Shown: positions 1 through 6,369 of the stretch, piece after piece | How positions within the stretch are numbered: the stretch's first letter is position 1 | Layout: each line of letters opens with the position of its first letter | Origin: Gemmatimonadales bacterium | Lineage (GTDB): Bacteria; Gemmatimonadota; Gemmatimonadetes; Gemmatimonadales; GWC2-71-9 | Reading direction: 5' to 3' | NCBI GenBank assembly: GCA_039930845.1 | Contig: JBDTTA010000002.1 | Coordinates: forward strand, 1 to 53,748 | DNA length: 53,748 bases | Made by a program: the position numbers and the translations under genes | The notes under the pieces: generated by a model | Databases searched by the model: none | What the model was told of the DNA's origin: nothing | The model's input: only the letters and a program-made list of their open reading frames with translations

Positions 1-1148
1 CCGGCACGAACGGGAAGACGACGACCGCCGGTCTCCTCAAGCATCTCTTCAACGATCGGGACACGGCGGCCAGCATCGGCACGCTCGGCGCGTTCGACGG
101 CCAGGGGCGACAGATCCCGTCCTCTGCCGGGACGCTCACGACACCCGGACCGATCGATCTGCAGGCCACGCTCGCCGAGCTCGTGAAACGCGGGACGACC
201 CACGTGGCGCTGGAGGCTTCGTCACACAGCCTCGACCAGGGACGCCTCGACGGCCTCGTGTTCGCGGCGGGGATCTTCACCAACCTCACCCGCGACCATC
301 TCGACTACCACGGCACGATGGAGTCCTATCTCGGCGCCAAGCTCAAATTGATCTCGCTGCTGAGCTCGACGGGCCTCGAGGTCGTGAACCTCGACGATGA
401 CGCCTGGCGTGCATTACCCCGCGGCCCGGCCCGGGTGACCTTCGGCCTCGACCGGGCAGCGGATGTCCGCGCATCCGGCGTCGTGCTCGACGCGGCCGGG
501 AGCCGCTTCGAGCTGAGCGGCCGTTTCGGCACCGCCGAAGCCTCGGTCCCGCTGCTCGGGGATTTCAATGTGTCCAACGCGCTCGCCGCCGCGGCATGCG
601 CCCTGGGACTCGGACATTCGCTCGACCGGGTGATCGTTCGCCTCGCCACCCTCCCGCAGGTGCCGGGACGGATGGAACGGATCTCGGACACGCCCTGCGT
701 GGTGCTTCGCGACTACGCGCATACCCCCGACGCGCTCGAGCGGGCGCTCGCCACGCTGAGACCCCTCACACGAGGGCGGCTCATCGTGGTTTTCGGCTGC
801 GGCGGCGATCGTGACCGCGGCAAGCGACCGATCATGGGCCGCATCGCCGCGCAGGGGGCCGACCTCGCGGTGGTCACGTCGGACAATCCCCGCACCGAGG
901 AACCCGGCGCCATCATCGACGACGTGGAGCAGGGAATGGGCGACGTGCCTCACGCGCGCATCGTCGACCGTCTCGCCGCCATCCACGCGGCGCTCGACGA
1001 GGCGCGCCCCGGCGACACGCTGCTGCTCGCCGGCAAGGGGCACGAGACCTACCAGGTGATCGGGACGGACAAGGTGCCGTTCGACGAGCGGGAGATCGTG
1101 GAGAGCGCGGTGAAAGGGGACCGGGGAAAGGGGAAGGGGGAAAGGTGA
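1..1148 (+). CDS. murE: UDP-N-acetylmuramoyl-L-alanyl-D-glutamate--2,6-diaminopimelate ligase (MurE). 5' end truncated by the window edge; frame 3 is open from base 3.
   Basis: Frame 3 reads GTNGKTTT (Mur ligase P-loop) at bases 3-26, so the GTG at 183 is internal. Also DYAHTPDALERAL and VTSDNPRTEEP, typical of MurE. The stop overlaps the murF start (GTGA). Confidence 0.9.
   Translation, partial: GTNGKTTTAGLLKHLFNDRDTAASIGTLGAFDGQGRQIPSSAGTLTTPGPIDLQATLAELVKRGTTHVALEASSHSLDQGRLDGLVFAAGIFTNLTRDHLDYHGTMESYLGAKLKLISLLSSTGLEVVNLDDDAWRALPRGPARVTFGLDRAADVRASGVVLDAAGSRFELSGRFGTAEASVPLLGDFNVSNALAAAACALGLGHSLDRVIVRLATLPQVPGRMERISDTPCVVLRDYAHTPDALERALATLRPLTRGRLIVVFGCGGDRDRGKRPIMGRIAAQGADLAVVTSDNPRTEEPGAIIDDVEQGMGDVPHARIVDRLAAIHAALDEARPGDTLLLAGKGHETYQVIGTDKVPFDEREIVESAVKGDRGKGKGER
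1116..1140 (+). other. G-tract run (GGGG-acc-GGGG-aaa-GGGG-aa-GGGGG) with a canonical G-quadruplex pattern, just upstream of the murE stop / murF start
   Basis: Read directly. There are four runs of 4 or more G with loops of 2-3 nt, and a fifth GGGG at 1151-1154. It encodes the low-complexity MurE tail KGDRGKGKGER. Confidence 0.5.
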
Positions 1149-2524
1149 AAGGGGAGCGAGGCGAAGAGCCGGGTGGCATCGTCTGGACCGACGCCGATGT
1201 GCGGGCCGCGCTCGAGCTCGCTCCCTCCGGCGAGAAGCCGGTCATGTTCAGCGGGGTCACCACCGACAGCCGAGCCGTTTCCGCCGGTGCGCTCTTCGTG
1301 GCGCTATCCGGGGATCGCTTCGACGGGCACGACTACCTTGGAACGGTGGCGGCGGCCGGGGCGCTCGGCGCAGTGGTGAAGCGCGGCACCCCCGCCGTGC
1401 CCGGGCTCGCGCTGTTCGAGGTGGACGACACGCTCCTGGCCCTCGGGTGGCTGGCGAGGGCGCGTCGCCGGCGGATCGCCGGACCGGTCATCGCCATCAC
1501 CGGCACCAATGGAAAGACGAGTACCAAGGAGATGCTCGCCGCCGCGCTTCGTATCCGGTATGCGGTGTATGCCACCCGCGCCAACCTCAACAATCTGATC
1601 GGCGTTCCGCTCACCATCCTCGAGGCGCCGGCCGCCGCCGATGCGCTCGTGGTGGAGGCCGGCGCAAGCATTCCGGGTGAGATCCGCCGGGCACGGGGGA
1701 TCATCGAGCCGGACATCACCGTCGTGACGAACGCGGTCGCCGGACATCTCGAGGGCTTCGGCTCGCTTGCCGGCGTGATCGAGGAAAAGCTCGCGCTCAC
1801 CGACCGCGTCGAGCTCGCCATCGTCGGCCCCGACCCGGCAGAGCTGGCCGCGGGCGCGCGGCAGCGGGCGAAGCACGTGCGGACCGCCGGGCTCCGCGCC
1901 TCGGAGCTGGTGCCGGAGCATGTCGTGCTCGGCGAGGACGCACGGCCGGTCATGACGATCGGCGGGCAGACGTTTACCCTGGCCGCGCGCGGCCTGCACC
2001 AGGCGGACAATGCGGTACGGGTCTGGGCGGTGGTCGAAGCGCTCGGTCTCGATCGCGACGCAGCGGCGCGGGCGCTGGAGCGGTTCACCATCCCGGGCGG
2101 GCGCGGCGAGCTCATGCAGGTGGGCCGGCTGACCATTCTCAACGACTGCTACAACGCCAACCCGCAATCGTTCCATGCCGCCATCGACACGGCACGGGCG
2201 CTTCGCACCGGCCGCCGGCTGGTGTTCCTCGCGGGGACGATGCGGGAACTCGGGCCGGAGGGTCCCACGCTGCACGCCGCTGTCGCCCGGGCGCTCGTCG
2301 AGTTGGAGCCGGACCTCCTCGGCGCGGTCGGCGAGTTCGTCCCGGCGCTCGAGCCGTACGCGGCCCGGCTGGGCGAGCGCCTGGTGACCGCCGCCGATCC
2401 GATCGCGCTCGGGGAGCGGCTTGCCGGGCGGCTTGCCGGCGACGAAGTCGTGGTCCTCAAGGCATCCCGCGGCGTGGCGCTCGAACGTATACTTCCGGCG
2501 CTGCTGGCTGGTGTACACGAATAA
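1145..2524 (+). CDS. murF: UDP-N-acetylmuramoyl-tripeptide--D-alanyl-D-alanine ligase (MurF). The last 7 codons and the stop are supplied by the inserted DNA.
   Basis: VTTDSRAVSAGALFVALSGDRFDGHDY and ITGTNGKTSTKEM P-loop. Position between murE and mraY. Confidence 0.9.
   Translation: MKGERGEEPGGIVWTDADVRAALELAPSGEKPVMFSGVTTDSRAVSAGALFVALSGDRFDGHDYLGTVAAAGALGAVVKRGTPAVPGLALFEVDDTLLALGWLARARRRRIAGPVIAITGTNGKTSTKEMLAAALRIRYAVYATRANLNNLIGVPLTILEAPAAADALVVEAGASIPGEIRRARGIIEPDITVVTNAVAGHLEGFGSLAGVIEEKLALTDRVELAIVGPDPAELAAGARQRAKHVRTAGLRASELVPEHVVLGEDARPVMTIGGQTFTLAARGLHQADNAVRVWAVVEALGLDRDAAARALERFTIPGGRGELMQVGRLTILNDCYNANPQSFHAAIDTARALRTGRRLVFLAGTMRELGPEGPTLHAAVARALVELEPDLLGAVGEFVPALEPYAARLGERLVTAADPIALGERLAGRLAGDEVVVLKASRGVALERILPALLAGVHE
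2482..2502. repeat. Left copy of a perfect 21-bp direct repeat, cgaacgtatacttccggcgct, inside the murF 3' end
   Basis: Identical 21-mer at 6291-6311. The flanking bases differ on both sides. Confidence 0.9.
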
Positions 2525-2904
2525 GTGACACCATAACATTGACTTACGATTTGTCACGGCGAGCAGTGGCTAAGCGATCTCCAGTCCTCCTCATTGCGGC
2601 TCGACTTGATCGTCCTAAACGTCTTCACCATGCGCACGGAAGCCCCCGGAGTGAGGGCCGTGCTGGAGCGGCAGTTCCCGAGCGTGCTCCTACTCCGGCT
2701 CGAGGAAGTTGCCCCCTTTCCCGTGGACCAGTTGTGGCCTTGGCCGCGGAGCGATCCGCGCTGGTCAGCTCGCCGCTAACTAGAAGAATCCAATGACTAT
2801 CGGCATGGCAGGGGAGGGATGATGCTGACATCCCGCATGAGCTTTGAGGTGGAAGGCTGCTGCGACGCACTCGTTGATCAGATCCACGCCACGATCGGCG
2901 GACA

Positions 2905-3894
2905 ATGATGGTGGAGGCGCGGCCGATCTTCGTCTTCGGCTGCCCACGCTCGGGCACCTCCGTCCTCGCCCGAATGTTGGACACCCACCCCGACATCGGG
3001 ATCCCCTACGAGTCGCACCTGTACAACAGGGTCTATCCCGTGGTGCGGCAATTCGGCATTGATCTGGGGCAGCCCAGCACGCGCGCCCGATTCATCAAGG
3101 AGCTGCTGCGCACCGATCCTCTGTCACTGTGGACGCCTCGACCTTCCGTCACCGATACCATGACGGCTATCACCCGGAACGATTTTCACGGTGTCGTCGA
3201 AGGTCTGATGCGAGCTTGGCTCAGCACGCAGGGCAAATCGCGCTGGGGCGAGAAGACCCCACCTCACACGCTGTGCTGGCGTGACATTCGTGAAGGGTTT
3301 CCGAACCTCCAGGTCATCAACCTAATCCGTGACGGCCGAGACGTGGCGTTGTCCCACAAGGCCGCACCCTTTGGGCCCAAGCACATCTACCACCTGGCCC
3401 GCCGCTGGGTGCAATACCTCGATGCGGCCGAGCAGGCGCAATCTGCGCTCGGACCGGAGGCGTTCCTCTCGGTGCGCTACGAGGACCTTGTCGCGGACCC
3501 CGAGCGCGAGCTGCGCCGCATCTGCGTATTTTTGGAGGAGGATTACAGCCCCACGATGCTCGGGTTCCATCGGACAGATGTAGCGTATCCGACCGATCAT
3601 CGAAACGACGACAACCTCCGCCGGCCGGTACTCGCGCATAACACCGAGAAGTGGCGAGGGCAGATGACGCCGAGAGAGTTGCGGATCTTCGAGACGTTCG
3701 CGGGAAATCACCTGGAGCGATATGGGTACCCAAGGGCAGTCCGTGAACCGCATCTGCCGGCATGGGAAGAATTCTCGTGCCGATTCATCGAGCACCCACC
3801 TCGTCGAGCGCTGGCCATGCTGACCAATCGCCAGGGGTACCGTTTTGCCTTCCAGCGGTTCCGGCTGAACACGCGGATCCGTTTCGGACTTTAG
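2905..3894 (+). CDS. PAPS-dependent sulfotransferase family protein
   Basis: N-terminal FVFGCPRSGTSVLARML (5'-phosphosulfate-binding loop) and LIRDGRDVALSH (3'-phosphate-binding RxxRDxxxS motif). 329 aa. Confidence 0.8.
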   Translation: MMVEARPIFVFGCPRSGTSVLARMLDTHPDIGIPYESHLYNRVYPVVRQFGIDLGQPSTRARFIKELLRTDPLSLWTPRPSVTDTMTAITRNDFHGVVEGLMRAWLSTQGKSRWGEKTPPHTLCWRDIREGFPNLQVINLIRDGRDVALSHKAAPFGPKHIYHLARRWVQYLDAAEQAQSALGPEAFLSVRYEDLVADPERELRRICVFLEEDYSPTMLGFHRTDVAYPTDHRNDDNLRRPVLAHNTEKWRGQMTPRELRIFETFAGNHLERYGYPRAVREPHLPAWEEFSCRFIEHPPRRALAMLTNRQGYRFAFQRFRLNTRIRFGL

Positions 3895-4916
3895 GCCATG
3901 CTGGCGACAGTCATCAATATGTAGCCGAAGTCGCGATACCACTTCAGCGTCGATCTGATCCCGTCACTCAGGCTCACCTCAGGGCGATAGTCGAGCACGC
4001 GCCGCGCCTTTTCAATGGTGAATGCCCGACTCTTGGTGTAGAAGTCCACGCGGCGTCGGTGAATGGGTGGCTCAATGCCGAACGGGATGCAGGCTTTCTC
4101 ACACAACGTCCCGAGGATCTGGAACGGCCGAGCCGGCAGCCGGAGCCAGGACTGAGACACGCCGGCCGCCTCGGCGATGAGGCCGGCGACCTGACGTAGC
4201 GTGTAGTAGCGATCGCCGCCCAGGATGAACACTTCCCCTGCAGCGCGCGGATCGGTGCCCAGCAGGCGCAGGCCCGCCACCAAGTCGTACACGTGTACCA
4301 TGTGGTAGAAGATGTCGCCGGTTCCGAGTACGATGAAGCGCCGCCGAGCGATCATGCTGAACAACTTGAGGAGCCGAGTGTCGCCTGGCCCGTAGATCGC
4401 GGTGGGACGCGCCACCGTAACAGACAGCCCGTTGGGATCGTTGTAGGAAAGAGCTAGCTGCTCTCCCTCGAGCTTGGTCCGTTGATACACGTCCCCCGGC
4501 GCGTACGGAGCGTGTTCGTCAGCGGGGGGCGACAGAATATCTCCGTGCACTCCAACGGTACTACAGTGCACGAAACGCTCGACCCCTCGGGCCTTCGCCG
4601 CGTCGAGGAGGAGCCGGGTCGCGTCCACATGCACTCGGGCATAGTAATCGTCGTGGTGTTTCGCCTCCCGGTACGCCGCGGCCAGATGATAAACCGTGTG
4701 TGCACCGGCAACTGCGCGCTCAACTGTGACGCGATCGGTAACATCACCCTCCACGATGTCCAAACCGGCCGGAAGCTTCTCGTCAGCCTTCGTCCCCGGA
4801 CGGGCGATGACCCGCACGGACTCTCCGTCAGCCGTGAGCGATCGAACGAGGTGCGCACCCGTGAAGCCCGTCGCGCCGGTCACGAGAGTGACTGGTTTCT
4901 CCGAGTCTCCGCTCAT
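3891..4916 (-). CDS. Extended SDR family NAD(P)-dependent epimerase/dehydratase
   Basis: VTLVTGATGFTGAHLV Rossmann GxxGxxG motif, HCSTVGVHG and the YQRTK (YxxxK) catalytic motif. The ATG at 4916 is preferred (aagg 6 nt upstream). The longest ORF starts at the GTG at 4940. Confidence 0.8.
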   Translation of the reverse strand: MSGDSEKPVTLVTGATGFTGAHLVRSLTADGESVRVIARPGTKADEKLPAGLDIVEGDVTDRVTVERAVAGAHTVYHLAAAYREAKHHDDYYARVHVDATRLLLDAAKARGVERFVHCSTVGVHGDILSPPADEHAPYAPGDVYQRTKLEGEQLALSYNDPNGLSVTVARPTAIYGPGDTRLLKLFSMIARRRFIVLGTGDIFYHMVHVYDLVAGLRLLGTDPRAAGEVFILGGDRYYTLRQVAGLIAEAAGVSQSWLRLPARPFQILGTLCEKACIPFGIEPPIHRRRVDFYTKSRAFTIEKARRVLDYRPEVSLSDGIRSTLKWYRDFGYILMTVASMA

Positions 4917-5021
4917 GTTGCGCCTTTGATTCGGGTTCACCGACTACGACTCTCTCGCATGAATCGTATCCCAAGTATCCATCATCCAGCCGTGATGCTG
5001 GTCACGGGCGCTGCAGCTCTA

Positions 5022-5546
5022 TCAACGGCGAGTGATTATAACCTTCGCTGGGTTGCCTTGAACGATCGCGCGCTCAGGAATGCGTCCACTGACGGTCGAG
5101 CCGGCCGAGACGATCACGTCATCACCGATCTGTGTCCCATCCAGGATGACGGAATTGGCACCCAGCCACACCCGGTTTCCGATTCGGACGCCCAGGCTTT
5201 CCGTGCCCTGCTCGGTCAGCGGAACACCCAGCTGGTCGTACTTGTAGTTGATTGTCAGAATTGTGCAGTTGGGACTGATGAGCACATCGTCTCCCACGAT
5301 CAGTCCGGCCGCTGCCGCACCGATGTACGTGTTGCTGCCGATCTGTACACCCTTACCCATCACGAAACGCCCGGAGATCTTGATCTTCGCGAACGCCGAG
5401 ATCACGCAGCCTCGACCCCAATCGGTCGTGGTGGCGAGTTCGACTTCGGACCGACGACTGATCACAGTGCCATGCTTTGCGAGGTAGTAGAGCCGCACCA
5501 CGATCGATGGGATAAGCGCCCGGCGGACCGAGCGCAGCTTATACAC
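5022..5546 (-). CDS. Left-handed beta-helix (hexapeptide-repeat) acyl/acetyltransferase, sugar O-acetyltransferase-like
   Basis: Hexapeptide repeats IGSNTYIGAAAAGLIVGDDVLISPNCTI and VRIGNRVWLGANSVILDGTQIGDDVIVSAGSTV, ending in IVQGNPAKVI. Confidence 0.8.
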   Translation of the reverse strand: MYKLRSVRRALIPSIVVRLYYLAKHGTVISRRSEVELATTTDWGRGCVISAFAKIKISGRFVMGKGVQIGSNTYIGAAAAGLIVGDDVLISPNCTILTINYKYDQLGVPLTEQGTESLGVRIGNRVWLGANSVILDGTQIGDDVIVSAGSTVSGRIPERAIVQGNPAKVIITRR

Positions 5547-5730
5547 GTACGCTCACGCCGTCCGCCGCCCAGACTGGCTCTGCCCAGGGGCCAAGGTATG
5601 AGTCCATCATCGTGGCCTGAGGCATTGGGATCCCTGGAGTGAGGGGTGTGGCTATCGCCGAACAGTGTAAAGTAACACTGAACAGGACGTAAGCGGCACT
5701 GAACACGATCCAGGCGCCGTCCTCACCAGC

Positions 5731-5823
5731 GCAAAGTTGAGTGCGGCTGGTGTGCAAATTTCTGTGCAAAGTTCAAACGATCATCCTGCACATTTCAGCT
5801 GGTCCGCTCATGCATCCTGCACA
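5731..5823. promoter_or_regulatory. AT-rich repeat array upstream of the minus-strand acetyltransferase/epimerase pair: 2x tgtgcaaa, 2x atcctgcaca, 2x gcaaagtt
   Basis: tgtgcaaa at 5751-5758 and 5763-5770. atcctgcaca at 5783-5792 and 5814-5823. gcaaagtt at 5731-5738 and 5767-5774. The cores tgtgca and tgcaca are reverse complements of each other. Confidence 0.35.
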
Positions 5824-5828
5824 GGTCA

Positions 5829-5846
5829 CCCATTCCCCCTCTGAAG
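5829..5846. repeat. Left copy of an 18-bp imperfect direct repeat (cccattccccctctgaag) flanking the RecQ relic
   Basis: 16 of 18 bases identical to 6228-6245 (cccattctccctctgagg). Confidence 0.7.
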
Positions 5847-5855
5847 CAGGCTAAA

Positions 5856-6010
5856 TGTTCGCCAGGCCCTAGCCAGCGGGCTCACGCATCGACAAGCCCG
5901 ATGTCCGTCTGGTCGTCCACTGGACCCTCCCGCCACGCCGGAGGCGTAGCATCAGTAGCCGTGCGGCCTGGCAGCACGGCGAACTCGCCCCGGGCATCCT
6001 CCGGCGCGAG
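5856..6010 (+). pseudogene. Decayed fragment of a RecQ-family helicase (motif V/VI region)
   Basis: 5888-5935 reads IDKPDVRLVVHWTLPP. After a 1-nt frame slip, 5935-5958 reads TPEA*HQ*, which matches the RecQ xxEAYYQExGRAGRDG motif with Tyr and Glu codons turned into TAG. No intact ORF or start codon. Confidence 0.45.
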
Positions 6011-6227
6011 GGGCGGGCCGATAGTTCTTCCCACCCCATTGTGAAATTTTTCGGGGGAGCCCTGCTCGCGATATTCTTCGCAGCGACGGGCCGCGCCCTC
6101 GCCACCCGGCCTTTTCCACGGGCCGGGGCCTTGCCATTTGAGGGGGGGCAGTCGGCGACGTGCCGACTGTGAAGCCCTTGTGAAGGTGTGGAAGCGTAGA
6201 CGCCACTAGTGTAGACTACTCCGCCGG

Positions 6228-6245
6228 CCCATTCTCCCTCTGAGG
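6228..6245. repeat. Right copy of the 18-bp imperfect direct repeat
   Basis: See 5829-5846. Confidence 0.7.
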
Positions 6246-6290
6246 ACGCGTCCCCAGCTATCCTGAGACGTCTCCTTTTTCCGCCTGGAA

Positions 6291-6311
6291 CGAACGTATA
6301 CTTCCGGCGCT
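6291..6311. repeat. Right copy of the perfect 21-bp direct repeat
   Basis: Identical to 2482-2502. Confidence 0.9.
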
Positions 6312-6363
6312 CACGGCCCAGGCGGGTCCCGACGCGGGCAATGCTCCTCTTCGATCACGCTGA
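6292..6363 (+). pseudogene. Displaced ancestral 3' end of murF (ERILPALTAQAGPDAGNAPLRSR*)
   Basis: The first 7 codons, ERILPAL, match murF 2483-2503 at the protein level, and the first 20 nt are identical. The frame stays open to a TGA at 6361-6363, 6 nt before the mraY ATG. A gagg Shine-Dalgarno-like sequence for mraY sits around that stop codon. Confidence 0.6.
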
Positions 6364-6369
6364 GGTTCG

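Larger units (their letters stand above)
2482..6311. mobile_element. Putative integrated genomic islet (~3.8 kb) in the murF 3' end, bounded by 21-bp direct repeats. No integrase remains.
   Basis: Direct repeats; a displaced in-frame murF tail at 6292-6363; visibly lower GC than the flanks; cargo genes unrelated to dcw, two of them antisense to the cluster; a decayed helicase fragment inside. Confidence 0.5.

Noticed and set aside
2539-2796. 85-aa and 61-aa ORFs (2539-2796, 2594-2779) in the left non-coding part of the islet
   Set aside because: No recognisable motifs. They overlap each other in different frames, and an antisense ORF (2625-2996) is equally long. Judged to be chance ORFs or eroded remnants.
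5539-5769. 76-aa TTG-start ORF on the minus strand, directly upstream of the acyltransferase, with one hydrophobic stretch
   Set aside because: No family signal, a weak start codon that lies inside the repeat array, and composition like non-coding DNA. It may be a relic; it is not called as a gene.
6148-6168. Perfect 8-bp stem / 5-nt loop hairpin: cagtcggc-gacgt-gccgactg
   Set aside because: No T-tract follows it on either strand, so it is not a canonical intrinsic terminator. It sits in decaying non-coding DNA, and its function cannot be supported.
6244-6274. Two perfect 10-bp palindromes, GGACGCGTCC (6244-6253) and GAGACGTCTC (6265-6274), just left of the right 21-bp repeat
   Set aside because: The loops are too short for hairpins. 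Short GC-rich palindromes are frequent in GC-rich DNA. A role as recombinase or regulator sites is pure speculation without further copies.
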